From Clostridiales bacterium (GTDB lineage: Bacteria > Bacillota > Clostridia > DUPQ01), in assembly GCA_023145435.1 (NCBI GenBank), contig JAGLDS010000005.1, positions 33,715 to 97,714 on the forward strand: DNA of 64,000 nucleotides, written 5' to 3'. Positions 17,614 through 26,390 of this stretch are shown here, in pieces. The position numbers were made by a program, and so were the translations under genes. The number at the start of each line of letters is the position of its first letter. Positions within the stretch are counted from its first letter, which is position 1. Below the pieces are notes generated by a model. The model saw only the letters and a list, made by a program, of their open reading frames with translations, was not told where the DNA came from and searched no databases.

Positions 17614-19676
17614 AAGAAAAGTCCACTTTTAGATTTATTCTACTTTTCTCGATTTTTGTAGCTTTAGTTGTAGGATTATTAGTAAGATTATATTTTATGC
17701 AAATTGTTAATGGAGAAGATTATTATCAAAGTACAATAAAAAATTATTCTCATAGATTTGAAGAACAAGCAATCAGAGGGAATATTTATGATTCTAATGG
17801 TTCAATACTAGCTTATAATGTGGAAAGTTTTAACTTATATTTATCAAAAGTCTATAAATCTACAGAACAATTAAATGAAGCTATCATATACCTTATGACT
17901 ATACTTGATGACAATCAAGAAATTTCTACTAACAAACTTATATACTTTTATGATGTTGAAAATAAACAGTTTAATAGTTATCGAACAGAAGATGAAATTG
18001 CTAATTGGCAAATGAATATAGATTACTTTAATCAAAAAGAAGAAAATATAATAACTGATGGTGAGTTATTTTTCGAATTTCTACAAGATTACTTTAAAAT
18101 AAGTGAATCATATACTGAAAAACAAGTTAAACAGGGCATAATAATTAGATATGAAATTTTAAAAAATAGATGGTTCTGGAATGAAGGAGAAGTGCTGTTA
18201 ATTTCTAAAGATATTTCTAAAGAAACTCTAGCTATGGTAACAGAAAATCGACATAAAATTAAAGGATTGACCATAATACCATCAATGACTAGAGAATATG
18301 GACAAGTTTATGATATTGCTCATGTTTTAGGATATGTTGGAATGGTAACACCAGAGGATGTTACTGAGTCAGGTTATGGGACAGATGATATCATTGGAAA
18401 AACAGGGATAGAAGTATTTGCTGAAGAACTGCTAAAAGGTAACCACGGTTATATTGACGTTATAACTGATGAAACTGGTACAATTTTATCTGAAGTAGGT
18501 GGAGAAAAAGCTATAAATGGAAGTGATATTTATCTAACAATAGATGTGAATTTGCAAAAAATTGCAATGGAATCAATACAAAATAATATTGAAATAATTA
18601 AAAATAAAGCAAAAGTTGATGATGCTAGAAATTTTGCAGATGCAAATGCAGGGGCAGTTGTTGCAATAGACATAAAAACTGGTGAAGTTTTAGTTATGGC
18701 AAGTTATCCATCTTATGATCCTAATTGGTTTATTCATAATACTCAAGAATCAAGAGATAAAATATATGAAGCATTTAATGATAATATTGCTAAATCTATG
18801 TTAAATAGGGCTATACAGGAAACATATACACCTGGTTCAACATTTAAACCAATTGTAGCTATTGCAGGACTTGAAGAAAAGATTATTGATGAGGAAACAA
18901 AAATTTTCGACCCAGGACACAAGGTTATTGGAGATTGGGATTTTTATTGTTTAGAATATGTAATGTCAGGTTATTGGTTTACTCATGGATGGTTAGATGT
19001 AAAAGAAGCTATCACAACTAGTTGTAATATGTTCTTTTATATTTTAGGAGTTGATACAGGAATTGAAGCAATCAATAATTGGGCAGAACAATTTGGATTA
19101 GGGACTAAAACTGGAATAGACTTATACGGTGAGGCAACAGGAATAAGGTCTAATCCTGTATATAAATACTCTAAGGAATTTGAAAAATGGTATATTGCTG
19201 ATACCGCACAGTCATCAATTGGTCAACTTTACCATAACTATACACCACTTCAATTAGCTAATTATACTGCAGCTCTTGCTAATGGTGGAAAACTTTTTAC
19301 TCCATTTTTAATTAGTAAAGCTGTAACTAAGAACGGTGAAGTATTGTATGAAGGTGAGACTCAATTTAAACAAATCCCATGGGAAGAAAAAACATTTAAA
19401 ATAATTAAAGAAGCAATGGAAGGTGTTGTACTAGATGGAACTGCAGAAAAGGTTTTTGCAGATTTCCCAATAAAAGTAGCCGGCAAAACAGGAACAGCTG
19501 AAACAGGTAGAGAGTCACATGAATCATCTAATGGGGTGTTTATATGTTATGCACCAATAGATGATCCACAAATAGCAATAGCGGTTGTCATTGAACATGG
19601 AGTGTGGGGCTCATATACAGCTCCAGTAGCTAAAGATATACTACGAGAATATTTTGGACTAAACTATAATAAGTAA
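17610..19676 (+). CDS. mrdA: Penicillin-binding protein 2 (elongation-specific transpeptidase)
   Basis: N-terminal TM helix, PBP dimerisation domain, STFKP (SxxK) and KTGTAE motifs. Follows mreBCD. Confidence 0.9.
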   Translation: MKEKSTFRFILLFSIFVALVVGLLVRLYFMQIVNGEDYYQSTIKNYSHRFEEQAIRGNIYDSNGSILAYNVESFNLYLSKVYKSTEQLNEAIIYLMTILDDNQEISTNKLIYFYDVENKQFNSYRTEDEIANWQMNIDYFNQKEENIITDGELFFEFLQDYFKISESYTEKQVKQGIIIRYEILKNRWFWNEGEVLLISKDISKETLAMVTENRHKIKGLTIIPSMTREYGQVYDIAHVLGYVGMVTPEDVTESGYGTDDIIGKTGIEVFAEELLKGNHGYIDVITDETGTILSEVGGEKAINGSDIYLTIDVNLQKIAMESIQNNIEIIKNKAKVDDARNFADANAGAVVAIDIKTGEVLVMASYPSYDPNWFIHNTQESRDKIYEAFNDNIAKSMLNRAIQETYTPGSTFKPIVAIAGLEEKIIDEETKIFDPGHKVIGDWDFYCLEYVMSGYWFTHGWLDVKEAITTSCNMFFYILGVDTGIEAINNWAEQFGLGTKTGIDLYGEATGIRSNPVYKYSKEFEKWYIADTAQSSIGQLYHNYTPLQLANYTAALANGGKLFTPFLISKAVTKNGEVLYEGETQFKQIPWEEKTFKIIKEAMEGVVLDGTAEKVFADFPIKVAGKTGTAETGRESHESSNGVFICYAPIDDPQIAIAVVIEHGVWGSYTAPVAKDILREYFGLNYNK

Positions 19677-19686
19677 AGGAGACATA

Positions 19687-20211
19687 ATGTCTGGATTAAT
19701 ACATATTTATACAGGTGATGGAAAAGGAAAAACAACAGCTGCAACTGGCTTAATGGTGAGAAGTTTAGGGTATGGTAAAAAAATACTTTTTGTTCAAATG
19801 CAAAAAGCTATCCCATCTGGCGAAATTTCAATAATTAGTAAATTTTCTAATGCAGTAGTTATACGTTGTACCGATAAAAAGAAATTTTATTTTTATATGG
19901 ACGAATTAGAAAAAAAAGAATATATTACTCAGCATAAAGAAGGTTTTTCAAAAGCGATTGAGTTAATAAAAAATGAATCGTTTGATTTAGTAGTTTTTGA
20001 TGAAATTATCAGTACTGTAAATGAAAAAATATTAAGTATTGATAAATTGATAGATTTTTTAAATAACAAACCAAAAAATTTAGAAGTTGTACTAACTGGT
20101 AGAAATGCACCAAAAGAATTAATTGACATAGCTGATTATGTCAGTGATATAGTTTGTGTAAAGCATCCATATGATAAAGGGATAAATGCACGAAAAGGAG
20201 TGGAGTACTAA
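19687..20211 (+). CDS. cobO: Cob(I)yrinic acid a,c-diamide adenosyltransferase (CobO/BtuR type)
   Basis: IHIYTGDGKGKTTAATGL P-loop and VFDEI; about 174 aa. Confidence 0.85.
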   Translation: MSGLIHIYTGDGKGKTTAATGLMVRSLGYGKKILFVQMQKAIPSGEISIISKFSNAVVIRCTDKKKFYFYMDELEKKEYITQHKEGFSKAIELIKNESFDLVVFDEIISTVNEKILSIDKLIDFLNNKPKNLEVVLTGRNAPKELIDIADYVSDIVCVKHPYDKGINARKGVEY

Positions 20212-21074
20212 TGGCTAATTGTCAAATCGCTACAAATTGGGAAGATTATGAATTAATAGAAGCGGGAGACTTTATGAAGTTAGAGAGATGGGGAGATGTG
20301 ATTTTAAAACGCCCTGAACCTCAAGCTATTTGGCCATATGACAAATGGCAATCTTTTGATGGAGAGTATCATAGAAGTAACAAAGGTGGAGGACATTGGG
20401 AGTTTAAAAAGCAACTTTTAGAACAGTGGACTATAAAATATAAAAACTTAACGTTTCTAATCTCACCAATGGGATTTAAGCATACAGGATTATTTCCAGA
20501 ACAAGCAACTAATTGGGATTTTATGATAGATAAGATAAAAAAACAAAAACGAGAAATATCCATATTAAACTTATTTGCGTATACAGGTGGAGCTACAGTT
20601 GCTTGTGCCAGCGCAGGTGCAAGTGTTTGTCATGTAGATGCATCAAAGGGAATGGTAAATAGAGCTAAACAAAATTTAGAGCTATCTGGATTAAAAAATA
20701 GTAAAGTAAGATTTATTGTTGATGATGTAAGTAAATTTGTTAAGCGAGAAATTAGAAGAGAGAACAAATATGATGCCATTATTATGGATCCACCTAGTTA
20801 TGGGCGAGGTCCTAAAGGTGAAATTTGGAAAATTGAAGAAGAACTTTATGAACTAATCAATTTATGTATGGAAGTATTAAGTGACCAACCAATATTTTTT
20901 ATGGTTAACTCATATACCACTTCATTATCACCAGTTTTAGTAGAAAACATATTAAAACTTTCGTTAAAGAAAAAAATTGGTGGAACAGTATCAAGTTATG
21001 AAATTGGACTGCCAATTACTAAACAATCAATTGTTATGCCGTGTGGCTCAACAGGGAGATGGGAAAATGCTTGA
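20211..21074 (+). CDS. Class I SAM-dependent methyltransferase (RlmI-like catalytic domain without PUA)
   Basis: ILNLFAYTGGATVACA (motif I) and IIMDPPSYGRGPKGE (motif IV). Confidence 0.75.
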   Translation: MANCQIATNWEDYELIEAGDFMKLERWGDVILKRPEPQAIWPYDKWQSFDGEYHRSNKGGGHWEFKKQLLEQWTIKYKNLTFLISPMGFKHTGLFPEQATNWDFMIDKIKKQKREISILNLFAYTGGATVACASAGASVCHVDASKGMVNRAKQNLELSGLKNSKVRFIVDDVSKFVKREIRRENKYDAIIMDPPSYGRGPKGEIWKIEEELYELINLCMEVLSDQPIFFMVNSYTTSLSPVLVENILKLSLKKKIGGTVSSYEIGLPITKQSIVMPCGSTGRWENA

Positions 21075-21732
21075 AGTATTATATGAAGATAATCATTTAG
21101 TAGCTGTTACAAAACCTTGTAATGTTCCAGTAATGAAAGATGCATCTAATGATTTAGATTTACAAACAATGGTAAAATCATATATTAAAGAAAAATATGA
21201 TAAACCAGGTAATGTATTTATTGGTTTGGTTCATAGGTTAGATAGACCTGTTGGTGGAGCCGTTATATTAGCTAGGACATCTAAAGGTGCATCAAGGCTA
21301 TCTGAGCAGATTAGATTACAAAAAATGGATAAGACCTACCTATGTGTTGTCAGGGGTACTATGGAAAAAAAGAAGGGAACTTTGATTCATTATCTTGTGA
21401 AAAATCAGCAGATAAATAAATCTTTAATTGCTAATAGTTCTAATCTCCATAAAAAAAAGGCAATACTTGATTATGAAGTTCTTGATGAGAAAAGTGGATT
21501 ATCATTGGTTAAAGTCCGATTAATAACGGGTAGACATCACCAGATAAGAGTACAGCTTAGCCATATTGGATATCCTATTTATGGAGACTTAAAATATGGG
21601 ACAGTTAAACAAAAAGCTCAAATTGCATTGTGGGCACATGAGCTTGTTTTTGAACATCCAACAAAAAAAGAGGAAATTAAAATTACATCTTCACCAAACT
21701 ATGAAATATTTCCTTGGAGTCTATTTATATAG
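21067..21732 (+). CDS. RluA-family pseudouridine synthase
   Basis: HRLDRPVGGAVILA catalytic Asp motif and TGRHHQIRVQL. I prefer the ATG at 21067 (MLEVLYEDNHLVAV), which overlaps the upstream stop by 8 nt, over the ORF-track start at 20977. Confidence 0.85.
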   Translation: MLEVLYEDNHLVAVTKPCNVPVMKDASNDLDLQTMVKSYIKEKYDKPGNVFIGLVHRLDRPVGGAVILARTSKGASRLSEQIRLQKMDKTYLCVVRGTMEKKKGTLIHYLVKNQQINKSLIANSSNLHKKKAILDYEVLDEKSGLSLVKVRLITGRHHQIRVQLSHIGYPIYGDLKYGTVKQKAQIALWAHELVFEHPTKKEEIKITSSPNYEIFPWSLFI

Positions 21733-22553
21733 TTTAATTTTTTGTTAACTTCATCTTTACTAATGGTAGATAAGCCATTAAATGGTTTTTCTAATGCCCT
21801 TTTAATATAGTATTTTGATTCAGCTAAATTACCACGAAGTTGCATTAATATTCCCATATTGTAATAAGCTTCTGGAAAAGTTGGGTTTTTCTCTATTAGT
21901 TTCTTATATATTTTTTCTGCTTTATCTAATTTCCCCATTTTAATATATGTTAATCCTAGATTATCCATGATTCCTTTAGAGTTGCTATTAAAATTATGAG
22001 CTTGTAAATTCACATTTAATGCTTTATCTAAATCATTGCCTAAAGTAACAACATAACCATAAGCTGTATATATTGAAGTTGATTCATGTGTTTCTATAAG
22101 CTGATCATACAATGTTATTGCTTGTTTTATCTGTTTACTTTTCCAAAGATATAGTGCTTTATTTGATAGAAGAATCTCTTTTTCTGTATCAGTCATTTCT
22201 CGCTTTTCAACTTCTGAAATTATTTGCCCACATTTTTTATACTTTTCATTTTTTAATAAAAGGTAAATAAACTTGTTTGCGGTGTCCATGGATGAGCTTT
22301 TTAATTGATAAGCTTTTAATAAATACTTAAGTGATTTTAATGAATGTTTATTTTTGTCATGATATCCTGCGAGGATTATAAAAAGTTCTTCTTTTTTTAA
22401 AAAGAAAAACACAGTGAAATACAGAATAATTACAATACTTAAATAAAGATAATCTCTTCTAAATCCAAAGAAAATTATCATTAGCGGGAAGAATAAATAT
22501 ATGATTAACTTAGTAAGTGTTTTGGATAACTTCATGGCTTTCTCCTTTTTCAA
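21699..22553 (-). CDS. Membrane-anchored TPR-repeat protein
   Basis: Two N-terminal TM helices followed by several TPR-like repeats (AEKIYKKLIEKNPTFPEAYYNMGILM...). AAGGAGA RBS. Confidence 0.7.
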   Translation of the reverse strand: MKKEKAMKLSKTLTKLIIYLFFPLMIIFFGFRRDYLYLSIVIILYFTVFFFLKKEELFIILAGYHDKNKHSLKSLKYLLKAYQLKSSSMDTANKFIYLLLKNEKYKKCGQIISEVEKREMTDTEKEILLSNKALYLWKSKQIKQAITLYDQLIETHESTSIYTAYGYVVTLGNDLDKALNVNLQAHNFNSNSKGIMDNLGLTYIKMGKLDKAEKIYKKLIEKNPTFPEAYYNMGILMQLRGNLAESKYYIKRALEKPFNGLSTISKDEVNKKLNYINRLQGNIS

Positions 22554-22601
22554 AGGTTATTATATATTACAAAAAAAAAATACACAAGAAAGTTATTTAC
22601 C

Positions 22602-22630
22602 TTGACAAATATATAGTGGTCATTTAAAAT
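22602..22630 (+). promoter_or_regulatory. Sigma-A promoter of the tRNA-His/Gln/Lys array
   Basis: TTGACA (22602-22607), 17 nt spacer, TAAAAT (22625-22630), about 27 nt upstream of tRNA-His. Confidence 0.65.
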
Positions 22631-22657
22631 ATGTAAGTGCCATTTGGCATATGTTGT

Positions 22658-22735
22658 GGTGGATGTAGTTCAGTTGGTTAGAGCGCAAGATTGTGATTCT
22701 TGATGTCGTGGGTTCGAATCCCATCATCCACCCCA
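22658..22735 (+). tRNA. tRNA-His (GTG) with encoded G-1 and CCA
   Basis: The cloverleaf folds by hand: acceptor GTGGATG/CATCCAC, extra 5' G opposite discriminator C, anticodon loop TTGTGAT, T-loop TTCGAAT. Confidence 0.9.
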
Positions 22736-22741
22736 GAATAA

Positions 22742-22817
22742 TGGGATGTAGCCAAGTCGGTAAGGCACAGGGTTTTGATCCCTGCATGCGTAGGTTCGAG
22801 TCCTGCCATCCCAGCCA
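22742..22817 (+). tRNA. tRNA-Gln (TTG), CCA encoded
   Basis: Acceptor TGGGATG/CATCCCA, anticodon stem CAGGG/CCCTG with loop TTTTGAT, T-loop TTCGAGT. Confidence 0.9.
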
Positions 22818-22893
22818 GGGCCATTAGCTCAGTTGGTAGAGCACATGACTTTTAATCATGGTGTCGAAGGTTCGATCCCTTCATGGCTCACCA
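22818..22893 (+). tRNA. tRNA-Lys (TTT), CCA encoded
   Basis: Acceptor GGGCCAT/ATGGCTC, anticodon stem CATGA/TCATG with loop CTTTTAA, T-loop TTCGATC. It starts directly after the tRNA-Gln CCA. Confidence 0.9.
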
Positions 22894-22894
22894 A

Positions 22895-22922
22895 AAAAGC
22901 ACCTTTTCTAAGGTGCTTTTTT
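22895..22922 (+). terminator. Rho-independent terminator of the first tRNA array
   Basis: AAAAGCACCTT / TTCT loop / AAGGTGCTTTT followed by a T-run. Confidence 0.85.
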
Positions 22923-22974
22923 GTAGTTGTATTCAATTTAGATTGATAGTAAAATATGTACAAGGAGACTTTAT

Positions 22975-23649
22975 ATGATTAGAGAAATTAAAATTACAGA
23001 CATAAAAATTAATAAAGAAGCAATTGTGAAGAGAATGAGGGTTAGAGACCAAGAAGACATTGATAGAATAAATGAGTTGTGTGAACAAGCTATAGATGTA
23101 GCTGTGCCTAAAACCATATTCGCCATAGGATATATAAATGATAGTAATAACGAACAAGTAACAATTAATGAAATTACATTTAATAGTAAATTAATGAGTA
23201 AGAATTTTGACAAGCTTCATCGAGTTTTTCCTTTTATGGCAACTTGCGGAAGAGAAGTATTTGATTGGGCTAATAAAATTGATGATGTATTTGAACGTTA
23301 TTGGGCTGATTATATTATGGAAGCGATTCTTAGAAGCGCTATTAGAGAATTATATGATGTAATAAAAAATGAATTTGGTTTAGAAAAACTTTCATCAATG
23401 AATCCAGGATCATTAGAGGGTTGGCCAATTGAACAACAAGAGCATCTTTTTTCATTATTTAATAAAGGAAAAGAACCACTTGGAATTTCACTTACTGATA
23501 CTTTCTTAATGATTCCGCAAAAATCCATATCAGGGATATTATTCCCATCTGATAGTAATTATGTGAATTGCCAGTTATGTGAGCGTGTAAATTGTCAAAG
23601 TAGGAGAGTACCTTTTAATATAGAGATTAAAAAGAAATTAACAATATAA
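22975..23649 (+). CDS. Stand-alone protein resembling the methionine synthase (MetH) reactivation/activation domain, with a C-terminal CxxCx4C tail
   Basis: NPGSLEGWPIEQQEHLFSLF and LGISLTDTFLMIPQKSISGILF resemble the MetH activation-domain blocks (GYxxWPxxxQxxLFxLL, LTESxxMxPxxSVSG). The tail reads CQLCERVNCQSRR. Confidence 0.5.
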   Translation: MIREIKITDIKINKEAIVKRMRVRDQEDIDRINELCEQAIDVAVPKTIFAIGYINDSNNEQVTINEITFNSKLMSKNFDKLHRVFPFMATCGREVFDWANKIDDVFERYWADYIMEAILRSAIRELYDVIKNEFGLEKLSSMNPGSLEGWPIEQQEHLFSLFNKGKEPLGISLTDTFLMIPQKSISGILFPSDSNYVNCQLCERVNCQSRRVPFNIEIKKKLTI

Positions 23650-23665
23650 ATAATGGGAGATAGTT

Positions 23666-25810
23666 ATGAGCATTACAAAGTATACTACTCAAGGGAAAAA
23701 CGACTGTGATTCATTACCTCTTGGTAATGGAGATATTGGTATTACTGTATGGCCACATGAAAAAAACATGATTTCCATGTTTATAAGTAAAACAGATAGT
23801 TTTTCTTCAGCTTTAGAATTGTTGAAAATTGGGAAAATAACCATTGAACTTAATACGAAAGAAACTCTTACTTTTAAATCTTATGAATTAGATATAACAA
23901 CTGGTGTGTTTACAGTAGCCTATCAAGAGGCCACTGTGTTGATTTTTGTAGATTATCATAATCCATGTATAAGAATGAAAATTAATTCGGCTAAGGAGAT
24001 TACAGTAATCATTCATCATGATAATTGGCGAGACAAATTAAAGTATGTTGATGGTGATGCATATAATAGAAGCATAGAATATGGTGGAACGATTGGTCAA
24101 GATAATGTGTTAGAAAAAATCGTTACTTATCCTGATAAAATTGTTGCAAAATTTAGTGATTGTATTATGTGGTACCATAAAAATAAAGATTCGACATATG
24201 AAAAAAATCTTGAACACCAAGGTGTATTACATTTAAAACATCTATATGATGATCCTTTAAAAAATCGTACTTTTGGTGCATGTGTACTAACTAATGATGA
24301 AAAAAATGTAATAACCATTGGGGTACTAACAAAAGTCACAGAAGATACAGAAGGTTTTATCAATGAACTTCATGATATGAGTGTGAAGTTACATCAACAA
24401 GATATTAATAAATGTTTAAAAAGTCATAAGCAACGTTGGACTGAATTAATGAATAAAAGTTACATAAAAATTGACGGTGATGAAAAAGCAAAACTAGTTG
24501 ATAGTGGTTATCAAATACAGCGATATATGAATTTATGCTCATCGAGAGGAGAGTTTCCAATAAAATTTAATGGAAGTATTTTCACTTTTACAATTCCAAA
24601 TTATGACCAAGTTTTTAATCCTGATTACAGAATGTGGGGAGGGTGTTATTGGTTTCAAAATACTCGCCTTATCTATTGGGCGATGTTACAAGCTGGTGAT
24701 TTTGAAGGTATGAAGCCATTTTTTGATATGTATAATAAAGCTTACGACTTTGTTAAAGCAAAAACAAAAGATTATTATGGGTTTGATGGTCTTTTGTATC
24801 CTGAAACCATGACTCCTTGGGGAACACATAGAAATATTGATTATGGGTTTAAAAGGGATGGTGTAAAAAAAGGTGAAGCAACTAACATGTATTTGCGATT
24901 TTATCACTCAGGAATGCTAGAATTAGTATTAATCATGATTGAATACTATAAATTCACTAAAGAAGAAGAATTTATTGAAAGTACTATTATAAAACATGCT
25001 AAAGGAATTTTAGATTTTTACTTTAATCAATATACTAAATTAGATGAATTCGGAAAAATCATTATTTACCCTTCACAAGCTTTAGAAAATTGGCAAGATG
25101 CAAAAAACCCAACAGATGCAGTAGCTGGACTTATTCATGTTATTAATGAATTACTTAAATTACCAATACAAGATAAAAAGTTTTTAGATAAATTACTAGA
25201 CTACAAGTCGAAAACACCTGAGATACCTTTGTTTACATCAGGTGGGCGACCTGATGTACTTTCAAGGGCTATGATAAAACCTGCTCAGTTTTACGATAAA
25301 CTAGGAAATGTAGAAAATCCTGAATTATATGCTGTTTTTCCATATCGATTATTTTCTTTTGATAACGAAGTTGAAATTGGACGTGAAACTTTTAAAAGAC
25401 GTTCAATAAGAAATTATTTTGGATGGACACAAGATGGTATTCAATCAGCTACCTTAGCAATGCCTGAAACATCACGAGAATTTGTTGAAGCAAAATTTAC
25501 TAAATGGAATGAACTTGCAAGATTTCAAGGATATTGGGGGCCTAATTTTGATTGGGTACCTGACCAAGATCATGGAAACAGTGCATCAATTGCATTACAA
25601 AAAATGCTTATTCAGTGTGTAGATGAAAAGATTTATTTATTCCCTGCATGGCCTATGAATTGGGATGTAACATTTAAGGTGAATGCGTATAATAACACTA
25701 TAGTAGAAGGACAATTAAGAAATGGAGAAGTAATTAATTTAACTACAACTCCAGCAAATCGTATAAATGAAGTAGAAATTTGCTTTGATAAACACTTAGA
25801 TATTTGGTAA
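23666..25810 (+). CDS. Large cytoplasmic glycoside-hydrolase-like protein (GH95-like / DUF5703-type N-terminus, six-hairpin fold suspected)
   Basis: N-terminal SLPLGNGDIGITVW...FISKTDSF resembles the GH95/DUF5703 N-terminal signature. 714 aa with no signal peptide. Confidence 0.45.
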   Translation: MSITKYTTQGKNDCDSLPLGNGDIGITVWPHEKNMISMFISKTDSFSSALELLKIGKITIELNTKETLTFKSYELDITTGVFTVAYQEATVLIFVDYHNPCIRMKINSAKEITVIIHHDNWRDKLKYVDGDAYNRSIEYGGTIGQDNVLEKIVTYPDKIVAKFSDCIMWYHKNKDSTYEKNLEHQGVLHLKHLYDDPLKNRTFGACVLTNDEKNVITIGVLTKVTEDTEGFINELHDMSVKLHQQDINKCLKSHKQRWTELMNKSYIKIDGDEKAKLVDSGYQIQRYMNLCSSRGEFPIKFNGSIFTFTIPNYDQVFNPDYRMWGGCYWFQNTRLIYWAMLQAGDFEGMKPFFDMYNKAYDFVKAKTKDYYGFDGLLYPETMTPWGTHRNIDYGFKRDGVKKGEATNMYLRFYHSGMLELVLIMIEYYKFTKEEEFIESTIIKHAKGILDFYFNQYTKLDEFGKIIIYPSQALENWQDAKNPTDAVAGLIHVINELLKLPIQDKKFLDKLLDYKSKTPEIPLFTSGGRPDVLSRAMIKPAQFYDKLGNVENPELYAVFPYRLFSFDNEVEIGRETFKRRSIRNYFGWTQDGIQSATLAMPETSREFVEAKFTKWNELARFQGYWGPNFDWVPDQDHGNSASIALQKMLIQCVDEKIYLFPAWPMNWDVTFKVNAYNNTIVEGQLRNGEVINLTTTPANRINEVEICFDKHLDIW

Positions 25811-25819
25811 AAACTTATA

Positions 25820-25848
25820 AAAAGTACTTGACATTTGAGCGTACTTTT
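25820..25848 (+). terminator. Weak hairpin after the glycosidase-like gene, overlapping the tRNA promoter -35
   Basis: AAAAGTAC (25820-25827), 13 nt loop, GTACTTTT (25841-25848). AT-rich with a short T-run. Confidence 0.3.
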
Positions 25849-25856
25849 ATTAGTAT
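25828..25856 (+). promoter_or_regulatory. Sigma-A promoter of the tRNA-Glu/Asp/Tyr array
   Basis: TTGACA (25828-25833), 17 nt spacer, TAGTAT (25851-25856), about 18 nt upstream of tRNA-Glu. Confidence 0.6.
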
Positions 25857-25874
25857 TGTTATTGCTGTTATTTT

Positions 25875-25949
25875 GGCCCCTTGGTCAAGTGGTTAAGACA
25901 CCGCCCTTTCACGGCGGTAACAGGGGTTCAAGTCCCCTAGGGGTCACCA
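25875..25949 (+). tRNA. tRNA-Glu (TTC), CCA encoded
   Basis: Acceptor GGCCCCT/AGGGGTC, anticodon stem CCGCC/GGCGG with loop CTTTCAC, T-loop TTCAAGT. Confidence 0.9.
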
Positions 25950-25958
25950 AAATAATGC

Positions 25959-26035
25959 GGCCTGGTAGTTCAGCTGGTTAGAACGCCAGCCTGTCACGCT
26001 GGAGGTCGAGGGTTCGAATCCCTTCCAGGTCGCCA
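25959..26035 (+). tRNA. tRNA-Asp (GTC), CCA encoded
   Basis: Acceptor GGCCTGG/CCAGGTC, discriminator G, anticodon stem CCAGC/GCTGG with loop CTGTCAC, T-loop TTCGAAT. Confidence 0.9.
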
Positions 26036-26062
26036 TATTTTTAACAGCATTTAATTTAATAA

Positions 26063-26147
26063 GGAGGGGTTCCCGAGTGGCCAAAGGGGGCAGACTGTAA
26101 ATCTGTTGTCTACGACTTCGATGGTTCGAATCCATCTCCCTCCACCA
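26063..26147 (+). tRNA. tRNA-Tyr (GTA), long variable arm, CCA encoded
   Basis: Acceptor GGAGGGG/TCCCTCC, anticodon loop CTGTAAA, long extra arm (TTGTCTACGACTTCGA region), T-loop TTCGAAT. Confidence 0.9.
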
Positions 26148-26150
26148 ATA

Positions 26151-26205
26151 TAGTAATAGCAGTGATTTTGACTTCATGAAGGACAGCAGCTATTACTATT
26201 TTTTT
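26151..26205 (+). terminator. Terminator of the second tRNA array (long-loop hairpin + T7)
   Basis: TAGTAATAGC (26151-26160) pairs with GCTATTACTA (26189-26198), followed by TTTTTTT. The 28 nt loop contains the palindrome CTTCATGAAG. Confidence 0.6.
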
Positions 26206-26354
26206 GTCTAAAAATTTGAAATACGATATAGTAGTATGCTGTTTAATTAGCTAAAATATATTAAAAGATGTAATGCTGTTTCACGGTTTTTATAATAAAA
26301 AAACAAAGATAGTTGGTTGTTACAATACTGCCTATATAAACAAATTCAATAAAT

Positions 26355-26384
26355 TTTACAATTATCTAATGAAAAATATATAAT
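26355..26384 (+). promoter_or_regulatory. Sigma-A promoter of the patatin-like gene; predicted leaderless transcript
   Basis: TTTACA (26355-26360), 18 nt spacer, TATAAT (26379-26384), then 6 nt (atagtc) to the ATG at 26391. No SD. Confidence 0.55.
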
Positions 26385-26390
26385 ATAGTC

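Noticed and set aside
9517-23649. Scattered cobalamin-related genes (URO-D/MtaA-like at 9517, cobO at 19687, MetH-activation-like at 22975) as one corrinoid methyltransferase system
   Set aside because: They are 10-13 kb apart in unrelated operons, and no corrinoid-binding protein or substrate methyltransferase is present. I have no basis for calling them a system.
25944-26177. 77 aa minus-strand ORF
   Set aside because: It overlaps tRNA-Glu, tRNA-Asp and tRNA-Tyr on the opposite strand and is an artefact of the tRNA sequences.
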